64,000 nt of DNA from an uncultured Acidobacteriaceae bacterium (GTDB lineage Bacteria; Acidobacteriota; Terriglobia; Terriglobales; Acidobacteriaceae), in assembly GCA_964619065.1 (NCBI GenBank), contig CAZUCC010000013.1, positions 12,945 to 76,944 on the forward strand, given 5' to 3'. Shown one piece after another: positions 8,830 to 18,300 of the stretch. Below the pieces are notes generated by a model. It was not told the origin of the DNA and did not search any database. It was given only the letters and a program-made list of their open reading frames with translations. The first letter of the stretch is position 1, and the number at the start of each line of letters is the position of its first letter. A program made the translations under genes and the position numbers.

Positions 8830-9726
8830 ATGAAAACTGCAAGTCCAAAAGCTGCGGGACGAGGGGCTGCAGATCGAGGGGCTGCAGATCGGGGAACTGC
8901 AGATCGAGGAACTGTAGGTCCACGGGCTGCCATCCAAGGGGAGCTCGGCGCTTTCAGTCACGAAGCTGCCGAGCGTATGCAGCCTGGCTGCCGCGTGGTG
9001 CCGTGCGCCAGGTCATTGGAAGTCTTTGACCGGCTTGATGCTCGATCCGTTGATATGGCCGTAATTCCTATCGAAAACTCTCTGGCTGGTTCAGTCCTGG
9101 AACACTTCGATTTGCTGCTGGCCCGCGATGTTTTCGTGCAGCGCGAATTCCGGCTACGGATTGTGCACAATCTGATCGCCGCTCCGGGCGTGAAACTTGC
9201 GGATATCCGCCGCGTCTATTCGCATCCCGTCGCTCTCGATCAATGCCGCGAATTCTTCCGCTTGCATCCCAAAGTGGAACCTGTGTCTTTCTACGACACG
9301 GCCGGCAGCGTGAAGCACATCCTGGCGGAGAATCTGCGGGACGCCGCTGCAATTGCCAGCCGCCGGGCGGCCGCCGTCTATGACGGCAAAGTGTTGCGCG
9401 CGGGGGTAGAGGACAACAAGCAGAATTTCACGCGCTTCTTTCTCGTCCGCAAGCAACGCACAGTTCTGCAGCGCGCTAACAAGACGTCGATCGCCTTCAG
9501 CGTCAAGAACATTCCCGGAGCGTTGTTCAAAGCGCTCAGTGTGTTTGCCCTTCGCGACATCAGTCTGACCAAGATCGAGTCGCGCCCGGTCAAAGGACAT
9601 CCCTGGGAGTATGTTTTCTACGCAGATTTGCTCTGCGGACCGACCCTGGAGGCGGCCAATGCCTTGCGGCACCTGGCGGAAATCACCAACTTTGCCAAGG
9701 TTTTGGGGATATATCCTGCCGCCTGA
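8830..9726 (+). CDS. pheA: Prephenate dehydratase (PDT + ACT domains) with a repeat-encoded N-terminal extension
   Basis: Contains IQGELGAFSHEAA, IPIENSLAGSV, NFTRF, and the ACT region TSIAFSVKNIPGALFKALSVFALRDISLTKIESRP. The first in-frame ATG after the GNAT stop is at 8830. Confidence 0.88.
   Translation: MKTASPKAAGRGAADRGAADRGTADRGTVGPRAAIQGELGAFSHEAAERMQPGCRVVPCARSLEVFDRLDARSVDMAVIPIENSLAGSVLEHFDLLLARDVFVQREFRLRIVHNLIAAPGVKLADIRRVYSHPVALDQCREFFRLHPKVEPVSFYDTAGSVKHILAENLRDAAAIASRRAAAVYDGKVLRAGVEDNKQNFTRFFLVRKQRTVLQRANKTSIAFSVKNIPGALFKALSVFALRDISLTKIESRPVKGHPWEYVFYADLLCGPTLEAANALRHLAEITNFAKVLGIYPAA
8863..8922 (+). repeat. 15-bp tandem repeat, 4 copies, in frame within the pheA 5' end (encodes GAADR GAADR GTADR GTVGP)
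   Basis: The four units are ggggctgcagatcga / ggggctgcagatcgg / ggaactgcagatcga / ggaactgtaggtcca. Confidence 0.9.
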
Positions 9727-9901
9727 GCCCCACGCTCGTCTTCTAAGGTGGGTAGTACTTTGGGCAGGTATAAAAATGCGGGGAAGTGCTTTACAATCCA
9801 ACACCTTGAGTGCGATTCTGCCGCGAGACGCCGTTGCCCGCCTGAATCCATCTTGACCGCAGCCTCATCGAAGTTGAGTGACTTTGACTCAGGGAGACAG
9901 G

Positions 9902-12358
9902 ATGCCCCGTTCCGACAAGACGCAAGAGAAAGCCGCTGAACGTAGCCCCAGCACGACTCGGCCTGCGGAGCCCCCCGTCGGTGAGCGTGCATTGCCGGTG
10001 CTGCCTGTGCGCGACACAGTGCTTTTTCCGCACGCGGTGTTGCCATTGACGGTTGGCCGCGAGAGCTCGATCCAGCTCATTAACTCGTTGGGTGAGGACA
10101 AAACTATCATTGTGGTGGCGCAGCGCGAAGCGCGCGTCGACGTTCCTCAACCCGGCGATCTCTACCTGCTGGGCACGCTGGCGACGGTCCACAAAGTCGT
10201 CAAGATGCCTAACCAGAGCTTGTTCGTATTCGCCGAGGGTGTGGAACGCGTGCGCATGACGCAGTTCACGCAGGAGACGCCCTTCATGCGTGCCCGCTTC
10301 GAAACCGTGCCCGAAGGTACGATCGCTGTGAGCCCGGAAGTGGAAGCGCTGCAACGCAATGTGCTGACGCTTTTCCAGCAGATTGTTGCCGGTTCGCCCA
10401 CGCTCTCGGATGAACTGGCCACGGTGGCGATGAACATTGATGAACCGGGCCGTTTGGTGGATTTTGTTGCCTCCTCTCTGCCATCGCTCGCCACACCCGA
10501 CAAGCAGGATGTGCTCGAGACCGATGATGTTCGCGTTCGCCTCGACAAGATCAATCAGCATCTTGCCAAGGAGCTGGAAGTTCAGCAGTTGCGCAACAAA
10601 ATTCAGTCCGAAGTGCAGGATCGCGTGCAGCAGACACAGCGCGAGTACTACCGGCGCGAGCAGATGAAGGCAATCCAAAAAGAACTCGGTGAGGCTGACG
10701 AAGGCCAGCGCGATATTGACGAACTGCGCCAGAAGATCGAAGCCGCGGGCATGCCCGAGGATGTAAAGAAGGAGGCTGCCAAGGAGCTTAATCGCCTCTC
10801 CCGCATGTCGCCGATGGCCGCCGATTTCGCGGTGACCCGCAACTACATCGAGTGGCTCGCGGTGTTGCCGTGGAATAAGACCTCAGGCAGCGAAGTCGAC
10901 ATTGTGAAGGCGAAGGGAATTCTGGATACGGATCATTACGACCTGCAAAAGGTGAAAGACCGGATTCTCGATTTTCTTTCTGTGCGACGGCTGAAGCCCA
11001 ACATGAAGGGGCCGATTCTGTGCTTTGTGGGACCTCCAGGAGTCGGTAAAACGTCTCTAGGAAAATCGATTGCGCGTTCCCTGGGCCGCATCTTCTTGCG
11101 TGTCTCCCTTGGGGGAATTCACGCGGAAGCGGCATTTCCCTGCCATCGCCGCCCTTACATTGGCGCATTGCCCGGCCAGATCCTGCAAGGAATCCGCCGT
11201 GCCGAGACCAAGGATCCCGTTTTCATGCTGGACGAGATCGACAAAGTCGGACGCGATTTCCGTGGTGATCCAAGTTCTGCGCTCCTCGAAGCTTTGGATC
11301 CCGAACAGAACTCCACCTTCCGTGACAACTATCTCGACGTCACCTTCGACCTTTCGAATGTGTTGTTCATTACGACGGCCAACGTTCTCGATACCATCTC
11401 CGAGCCGCTTCGCGACCGCATGGAAATCATCGAACTGCAGGGCTACACCGAGGACGAAAAGGTGCACATTGCTTTCCGTTACCTTATCCCACGCCAGATC
11501 GAGGAGAACGGCATTACGACGGAGCAGATCGATTTTCCGGAAGATGCGGTGCGCCACGTGATACGGCACTACACGCGGGAAGCCGGCGTGCGAAATCTGG
11601 AACGGAACCTCGGAACGATTTGCCGTAAGCAGGCCCGCCGCATCGCGGAAGGGAAGCCGGACAAACTTCAGGTCACGAAGGACGTTGTGCAGGAATTTCT
11701 CGGCGGCATCAAGATTCGCGTCGAAGGCGAGATTGCCGAGCGTACCAAGCGTCCCGGAGTAGCCGTGGGGCTGGCCTGGACGCCCGCTGGTGGGGATGTC
11801 CTCTTTATCGAGGCCAACAAAATGACCGGCAAAGGCGGCTTTACCATGACCGGCCAAATCGGCCAGGTGATGCAGGAATCCATGCAGGCCGCGTTGACGT
11901 GGGTACGTTCCAATGCAGAAAGACTTGGTATTAGCAGCGACTTCTTTGCCAGTCATGACCTGCACATCCACGTACCCGCAGGGGCCATCCCGAAAGATGG
12001 GCCCTCGGCCGGCATCACCATGGCAACGGCGCTGGTCTCGCTGCTGACCGAGCGTGCATTACGGCCGCACACAGCTATGACGGGTGAGATCACTTTGAGC
12101 GGCAATGTTCTGCCAGTCGGCGGAATTAAAGAGAAAGTCTTGGCCGCGAAGCGCGCCGGGGTTCGCGACGTGATTCTCTCCACGGAAAATAAGATGAATG
12201 TGGATGAGGACATCACGCCGGAGCAACTGGAAGGCGTGACCATGCACTATGTCACGACCATCGACGAAGTGTTGGGCCTCGCTCTTTCCGGTCCAGCCCA
12301 AGCCGAGCACCGTCATGCAGCCGAGATAGAGCGGGCGTTGAGCCAGCCGGTCGCGTAA
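9902..12358 (+). CDS. lon: ATP-dependent Lon protease (endopeptidase La, LonA type)
   Basis: LON N-domain, Walker A (GPPGVGKTS), Walker B (FMLDEIDK), YTREAGVRNLER, and the catalytic PKDGPSAGITM plus GGIKEK. The ATG at 9902 is preceded by GGGAGA; the ORF opens at the GTG at 9878. Confidence 0.93.
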   Translation: MPRSDKTQEKAAERSPSTTRPAEPPVGERALPVLPVRDTVLFPHAVLPLTVGRESSIQLINSLGEDKTIIVVAQREARVDVPQPGDLYLLGTLATVHKVVKMPNQSLFVFAEGVERVRMTQFTQETPFMRARFETVPEGTIAVSPEVEALQRNVLTLFQQIVAGSPTLSDELATVAMNIDEPGRLVDFVASSLPSLATPDKQDVLETDDVRVRLDKINQHLAKELEVQQLRNKIQSEVQDRVQQTQREYYRREQMKAIQKELGEADEGQRDIDELRQKIEAAGMPEDVKKEAAKELNRLSRMSPMAADFAVTRNYIEWLAVLPWNKTSGSEVDIVKAKGILDTDHYDLQKVKDRILDFLSVRRLKPNMKGPILCFVGPPGVGKTSLGKSIARSLGRIFLRVSLGGIHAEAAFPCHRRPYIGALPGQILQGIRRAETKDPVFMLDEIDKVGRDFRGDPSSALLEALDPEQNSTFRDNYLDVTFDLSNVLFITTANVLDTISEPLRDRMEIIELQGYTEDEKVHIAFRYLIPRQIEENGITTEQIDFPEDAVRHVIRHYTREAGVRNLERNLGTICRKQARRIAEGKPDKLQVTKDVVQEFLGGIKIRVEGEIAERTKRPGVAVGLAWTPAGGDVLFIEANKMTGKGGFTMTGQIGQVMQESMQAALTWVRSNAERLGISSDFFASHDLHIHVPAGAIPKDGPSAGITMATALVSLLTERALRPHTAMTGEITLSGNVLPVGGIKEKVLAAKRAGVRDVILSTENKMNVDEDITPEQLEGVTMHYVTTIDEVLGLALSGPAQAEHRHAAEIERALSQPVA

Positions 12359-12372
12359 GGCGATTTGTGTAG

Positions 12373-12435
12373 CGCGGACTCTCCTGTCCGCGAAAGGTGA
12401 AGACCAGTAAGACCTCGCGGGCAAGAGTGCCCGCG
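12373..12435 (+). terminator. Two tandem GC-rich hairpins downstream of lon; a possible terminator without a U-tract
   Basis: First hairpin: cgcggac-tctcct-gtccgcg (12373-12392). Second: cgcgggca-agag-tgcccgcg (12416-12435). Confidence 0.4.
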
Positions 12436-12505
12436 CCACACGATATGTACTCCGCGATACACTGACAATTGAGATCTGACCAGCACTAGGCTCATCGGAG
12501 AACCC

Positions 12506-13333
12506 ATGGCGGACTGTACACGTTGCGGACGTAAGCTGCCTGCAACTCTATTTGGAAACAGAAAGGGCTTGTGCTCTTACTGCCGCCAAGCGGAACAAGA
12601 CGAAATCCAGCCCGGCGGCCATGTATCGCAACTCGTGCCTGCGTGGCGCCTGGGGCCCACAGTGACGATCGCCATTATCGGGATCAACGTGGCTGTTTTC
12701 CTGGCGATGGTTCTCAATGGTGTTTCTCCGATCGAGCCCTCCAGCCAGCAACTGGTCGATTGGGGTGCCGATTACGGTCGGGCGTTTGTCGATCAGCCTT
12801 GGCGCACGCTGACCTACGCGTTCGTGCATATCGGGATCTTTCATATCTTCATGAATATGTGGTGCCTCTGGAACCTGGGGCGGATGGCGGAGCAGATTTA
12901 CGACAAAGTTACGTACATCGGTGCCTATTTGTTATGCGGTATAGGTGGGGGTATTGCCTGTCTGGCGTGGGATCCTCGGGCAGTGACAGCAGGGGCGTCT
13001 GGCGCAGTCTTCGGAGTGGCGGGCCTGCTGATCACTACTTTCTGGATGGGAAGCCTGCCGATTCCCCGGGAGCGCACGAACGCGATACTCCATAGTCTAT
13101 TGGGATTCGCCGGTTACAACCTTCTCATCGGCGCGGCTATCCCATTCATCAGCAATTCCGGCCATATTGGAGGCCTGTTCACTGGCCTCATTCTCGGCGG
13201 ATTGATGGCGCCTCAATTGACGCGCAACCCGCGTGAATCCCAAGGGATACGCTGGTTGATTCTGGGCGGAGTCGCTGTGGCGCTGGTGGTCTTGTTCCAA
13301 TTCATCGGAGCAAGAGCCCTAAGTGGGAGTTGA
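12506..13333 (+). CDS. Rhomboid-family intramembrane serine protease with an N-terminal zinc ribbon
   Basis: CTRCGRK...CSYC zinc ribbon, the GASGAVFG catalytic-Ser motif, HIGG catalytic His, and six or more TM helices. Confidence 0.88.
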   Translation: MADCTRCGRKLPATLFGNRKGLCSYCRQAEQDEIQPGGHVSQLVPAWRLGPTVTIAIIGINVAVFLAMVLNGVSPIEPSSQQLVDWGADYGRAFVDQPWRTLTYAFVHIGIFHIFMNMWCLWNLGRMAEQIYDKVTYIGAYLLCGIGGGIACLAWDPRAVTAGASGAVFGVAGLLITTFWMGSLPIPRERTNAILHSLLGFAGYNLLIGAAIPFISNSGHIGGLFTGLILGGLMAPQLTRNPRESQGIRWLILGGVAVALVVLFQFIGARALSGS

Positions 13334-13346
13334 TTTTCGCCCACCT

Positions 13347-14135
13347 ATGCAGATCCGCGTCCTATTCTTCGGTATTCTCAAAGACGTTGCCGGCCTCGCA
13401 ACCGATACTCTTGACCTTCCGGAGAATTCCACGCTCGCCGATCTGCTTAGGTATTACGAATCCGGAAAGCCGCAACTCAAAAAGAATTTCCCGGGCATCG
13501 CGATGTCCATCAACCAGGAATTTGCCCATCCGTCCGATGTGCTGCACGCCAATGATGAAGTTGCCTTGCTGCCACCGGTCTCAGGGGGGTCCGCTGCCAT
13601 GCCACAAGAGCCCTCCCATGCTGATTCCCGCAGCGAGCACTGCGCGATTGTTCGGGAGGCGATCGATACCGCGAAAATCGCCAACGACCTCAAGCATCCC
13701 GAAGATGGCGCGACAGCAATTTTTGAAGGCATTGTCCGCAACAACACCCGCGGACGCCAAACGCTCTACCTCGACTACGAGGCGTATGAAGGGATGGCAT
13801 TAAAGAAAATGGAGGAATTGGCAAGGCAGTCTCTGGCCGACCACAAAATCCGCGACGTCGCGCTCGTTCATCGCCTGGGGAGGATTGAAATCGGAGAAAC
13901 CAGCGTGCTAATCGTGGTCGCTTCGGCGCATCGCGGTCCGGCATTCGAGGCTTGCCGCTGGCTCATCGATACGCTGAAACGAACGGTTCCAATATGGAAG
14001 AAGGAATATTTTGTCGATGGAGCCGTTTGGGCTGATGGCGAGCCCTTTCCGGAAGATGTTCCTCAAACGCAGGCGACTCCCAGCCAGCCCACTCCAGTGC
14101 AGGCGACCCGAAGCACGGAGAAGGCATCTCACTGA
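13347..14135 (+). CDS. Fused molybdopterin synthase: MoaD sulfur-carrier domain followed by the MoaE catalytic subunit
   Basis: The N-terminal 82 aa (MQIRVLFFGILKDV...VALLPPVSGG) is a ThiS/MoaD fold ending in GG. A linker follows, then MoaE (GATAIFEGIVRN, VLIVVASAHRGPAFEACRWLIDTLKRTVPIWKKE). Confidence 0.88.
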   Translation: MQIRVLFFGILKDVAGLATDTLDLPENSTLADLLRYYESGKPQLKKNFPGIAMSINQEFAHPSDVLHANDEVALLPPVSGGSAAMPQEPSHADSRSEHCAIVREAIDTAKIANDLKHPEDGATAIFEGIVRNNTRGRQTLYLDYEAYEGMALKKMEELARQSLADHKIRDVALVHRLGRIEIGETSVLIVVASAHRGPAFEACRWLIDTLKRTVPIWKKEYFVDGAVWADGEPFPEDVPQTQATPSQPTPVQATRSTEKASH

Positions 14136-14141
14136 CTGCTT

Positions 14142-15053
14142 ATGCGCTGGCTCCCCGGTCTTTTCCTAATTTTCGCCGCTTCCATTTTTTCCGCTGCTCA
14201 GGAGGATTCCGCGGGCACCCTCAAAGTGGACGTGAAGTTGGTGAACGTCTTCGTTACGGTAACCGACCCGCATGGCTCGCCGGTAGGTTCGCTCAACAAG
14301 GAAGACTTCAAGATCGCCGAGGATGGTACTGAGCAGAAGATCGCGGTCTTCGACCGCCAGTCCGAGCTGCCGCTTTCGATCATTACCGCCATCGACACCA
14401 GTCTCAGCACCAAAAAAGACCTGAAGCTGGAGCTGGAGTCGGCGCGCCATTTCGCGCACACCATCCTGCGGCCGGTAGATTCCATGTCGCTTTATCAGTT
14501 TAGCGAGGTGGTGAGGGAAGTCGTGCCCTTCACTGCGGATGTGAACCGCATTGACACAGGGATCAACAACATCCACGGAGGCGCCGCGACCGCTCTCTAC
14601 GACGCGATTTCCCTTGGCTCCCAAGCCATGGAGTCGCGGCAAGGCAGAAAGGTGATGGTGGTCATAACCGATGGCGGCGACACCGCGAGCCAGAACCGGT
14701 ACTCCGACGCGCTGCGCGCTGCGCAGCAGGCCGAGACCATTGTCTACAGCATCATTATCGTGCCCATTGAAGCCAGCGCCGGACGCGATACAGGTGGCGA
14801 GCATGCGCTCATCCAGATTTCTTCCGACACCGGCGGCAAATACTTTTACGCCACCTCGCTTCCACAGCTCGATGCAGCCTTCCGCAAGATCAGCGACGAG
14901 CTGCGCACCCAATATCTGCTGGCGTACTACCCCACCAAGCGTTACTCCGATACCGATTTTCGGCGGGTGGAGGTGAAGCTGGTCAATCCGGCCGCGGCTC
15001 ATTACCGCGCGCACCACCGGACAGGGTATTTCACCAGTCCGGGCCATTTCTAG
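14142..15053 (+). CDS. Secreted VWA-domain protein (VWFA-related acidobacterial domain, TIGR03436-like)
   Basis: Signal peptide, the N-terminal VDVKLVNVFVTVTD...FKIAEDG module, a VWA core (ITDGGDT), and the C-terminal YLLAYYP...YRAHHRTGY. Confidence 0.85.
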   Translation: MRWLPGLFLIFAASIFSAAQEDSAGTLKVDVKLVNVFVTVTDPHGSPVGSLNKEDFKIAEDGTEQKIAVFDRQSELPLSIITAIDTSLSTKKDLKLELESARHFAHTILRPVDSMSLYQFSEVVREVVPFTADVNRIDTGINNIHGGAATALYDAISLGSQAMESRQGRKVMVVITDGGDTASQNRYSDALRAAQQAETIVYSIIIVPIEASAGRDTGGEHALIQISSDTGGKYFYATSLPQLDAAFRKISDELRTQYLLAYYPTKRYSDTDFRRVEVKLVNPAAAHYRAHHRTGYFTSPGHF

Positions 15054-15073
15054 TTAAGGAAAGACTGGGTGCA

Positions 15074-15091
15074 GGCGGAGCCTGCTCCGCC
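15074..15091 (+). terminator. Hairpin downstream of the VWA gene
   Basis: ggcggag-cctg-ctccgcc, a 7-bp stem. No U-tract follows. Confidence 0.35.
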
Positions 15092-15301
15092 AGCTTAGCT
15101 AGTCCCTATAGGACGGCATTCCTGCCCGGTGTTTCCCTTATCTCCTCCCGACCCGTTACAATTTGGGTCGACAATTTTCTTGTTGGTATCGGGTAGATTC
15201 TGCATCCAAGTGATTTCGGCCTTCAGCTCGTCGACTGAACTCGTCGGCGAAGACCAGCCTGTCCAGACGAAGCTGCCCCAACTCAAAATGTGAGGTTCAC
15301 G

Positions 15302-18300
15302 ATGTTTCCAGTTCTACAGTTGTCCGGTTCGCGTCGCTGGTTTGCCGCCTCAAGATTTGCCGCCATAGGCACCACCCTCGTGGCAGTTCTTGTGCTCTCC
15401 CTGCCGATAGCAGCGCAAATTTCCAACGCTACCGGAAACATTCAGGGCATCATTACTGACCCTACGGGAGCGGTCGTCCCAGAAGCCAAAGTAACCCTCG
15501 TGAACAAGGCCACAGGCCGCACAATCGACAGTACGAGCACAACCTCCGGCGTCTATACCTCAGGCTCTCTGGTTCCCGGCACCTACACGGTTCGTGTCGA
15601 GGCGGCAGGTTTCCAGACAACCGAGCTTACCGTGACTGTGCAGGTCGGCGTTACCAGCGGTGGGAACATTAAGCTAAAAGTCGGCGCGAGCAGTCAGGTG
15701 GTAGAAGTGCAAGGTGAGGAAATCCGCGTCAATACGGAGCAATCCACAGTGCAGGGAGTTGTGACGCGGCAGCAAATTGAGACTCTCCCCATCAATGGGC
15801 GCAACTTTCTGGACCTTGCGCAACTCGAACCTGGAGTGCAGATTCAGGATGGAGGCGGATTCGATCCCACCAAAAACGGTTTTTCGTCGATCTCCTTTGG
15901 GGGGCGCTTTGGCCGCACCGCCCGCATTGAAGTCGATGGTGTCGATATCAGCGATGAAACCGTCGGCACGACCACGCAGAACATTCCCGCAGGCGCGATC
16001 GAAGAGTTTCAGGTTGGACAGTCTTCGCTCGATCTCTCGACGGAGCTGACTTCGTCGGGTTCCGTGAACGTGGCTACGCAGTCGGGCACCAATCGTTTGC
16101 ACGGCCAGGGTTTCTACGATTTCCGCGACCATCGCTTTGCCGCTCGTCTGCCCGGCGGGACGGATTCACCGTTTCAGCGTAACCAGTTTGGCGGAAGCTT
16201 GGGCGGTCCTATTGTGAAAGACAAGGTGTTTTTCTTTTTAGATGGCGAGCGCGTCAAGCAGGATCTCTCCGCCCCAGTATCACCGGGCGCTCCCTTTGCT
16301 TCCTTGGCGGGAAATTTCAGTTCACCCTTCCGCGATACGGAAGTCTTCGGCAAACTGGACTGGCAAATCAAGCCGGATAATTACAAATTCTTCTACCGCT
16401 TTTCTTTTGAGCAAAACCGGAGTGTAGCGGCCATCATTCCCAACTCCTTTCAGCCGTTCGCCAACAACAATCACACGCCGATGCAGACCATCGGGCTGGA
16501 TTTCAATACGGGTAGCTACACGCATAGCATTCGCCTCAGCTATATGAAGTTTCGCAATGGGATCACTGACGCGACGAAGGGCAGCAGCATCTTCAATCCA
16601 GCTCCACAACTCGAGCTGGCGATTGGGACCGATGAGTTTTGCCTTACTCCGGGAGCCGACGTCTTTTGTTCCGGGCCCAGCTATTTAGCGCCGCAAACCA
16701 CATTCCAGTCCAACAAACAGTTCAAGTACGATGGCAGCAAGACATTTCACGCGCACATCTTCCGCTTTGGCGGAGGATATAACCGCATCCAAGGTGGTGG
16801 CACGGCGAACTTTTTGGGCTCCGCCCCGGCGGTGAGTGCACTCGCTACGTCAGAAACCGATCCCTTGAATTACCCCGCGGATATCGTGGTCTTAGGAAAC
16901 GGTCAAGGGTTTAGCAGTGAGTTAAAGTCTTTTGGCTTACCCGCGGGTGGCCTGGGCCCAGACAACCGCATCTCGCTCTACTTTGGCGACACCTGGAAGT
17001 TCCGCCCGAATCTGACGCTGAACGGTGGGGTCCGCTACCAGCGGGACACGGGGCGGACTGACAGCGACCTGGCTCCTGCCCCTTGTTCCCAACTGGACCC
17101 CACGCTCGCCGCAAATCTCACCGCAGCGGGCACTCCCTGCACGGGAAATATTCTCGACCTCTTCGGCAAGGGACTTGGCAATCGTGTCCGGCAGCCCAAT
17201 TCGAATTTCGGTCCACAATTTGGACTGGCCTGGGATCCATTCAAGAGCGGCAAGACGGTGATTCGCGCCGGCGCTGGGATCTACTTCGAAAACGCGGTTT
17301 GGAACAACATTTTGGCGGACCGGCCAGCACGTCTATCCCAAGGTCTTTTTAACGGCTCCCTGACCGCATGCGACGGAGGCAGTGCCAACACTCTCACGTT
17401 CCCGGATGGAACCGTAGTCACTCCAACATTCTGTGGACAGCCCATCGGCACCGTAGCCACTCAGATAGCCGCTCTGCAGCAGCAGTATCAGGCGGCGACG
17501 GTTACAGCCGGCCCGGCGGTGAATGGCGGCTTCATTGGAAATACGCTGGCCTCAGGAACGAACGTGAACGGTACGTCGCTCTTTGCGCCGAACTACAAGA
17601 CACCCCGCTCCCTCCAGATCAACGTCGGATTTCAGCAACAGATTGGGCTGAATGGAGTTCTGAGCGTGGACTATCTGCGGAACGTGAGTACGCATACGCT
17701 CCTTGCCGTAGACGTCAATCATGTGGGCGACTTCCACTTCTTAAACGTCGCCAATGCTTTGGCGGCCCTCAATAACACTGCTGTAGCTCTGGGCACTGGC
17801 TGTCCTGCCGCGGCGGCAGCGGGCTCGGCCTCTCAAGCGCTCGTGGATTGTATCCGCAAGGCCGACCCCGCTGTGGGCATTGCGGACTTCGCGAGCAACG
17901 GGCTGGATTCCGGGGCATCTCTTTGCGGCGGGGGCGTTTGTCCCACTGCGGCCTTTCCTGGTATCAACCCAAATCTGGGTGTGAATCAAATACTCTTTCC
18001 GAGTGGGCGCGCCAAGTACACGGGTCTGCAGATGTCCTACAGGCAGAACGTGGCGAACCCATTCCGCGGTATCCGCCGGATGAATCTGATCGCTTCTTAT
18101 GCCTGGTCCAAGTACATTGCGACGGCGCGCGACGGGGATTTCGTCAACGCCGCCACAGACAATGCCGCACCGCTGAAGTACATCGGACCCAACGGACTCG
18201 ACCGCAAGCACCAGTTTTCCGTGGGAGGAACAGCAGAATTGCCCTGGCGGTTCCGTCTCGGCCTGATCTCGCACTTTTACAGTCCCTTGCCGCTGGACCT

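Noticed and set aside
9727-9901. Possible sigma-32 promoter or CIRCE element upstream of lon
   Set aside because: CTTGA-like hexamers are present, but there is no CCCCAT-type -10 at the correct spacing and no TTAGCACTC-N9-GAGTGCTAA inverted repeat.
9791-10678. 295-aa ORF on the - strand; also 11057-11971 (-), 304 aa
   Set aside because: Both lie entirely antisense to lon and have His/Arg-rich, low-complexity translations. They are shadow ORFs.
14166-15047. 293-aa ORF on the - strand
   Set aside because: It is antisense to the VWA-domain gene, which has clear family motifs and a signal peptide.
15095-15286. 63-aa ORF (-) upstream of the TonB-dependent receptor
   Set aside because: It has no Shine-Dalgarno and no recognisable family, and it lies in the probable promoter region. 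I cannot support it.
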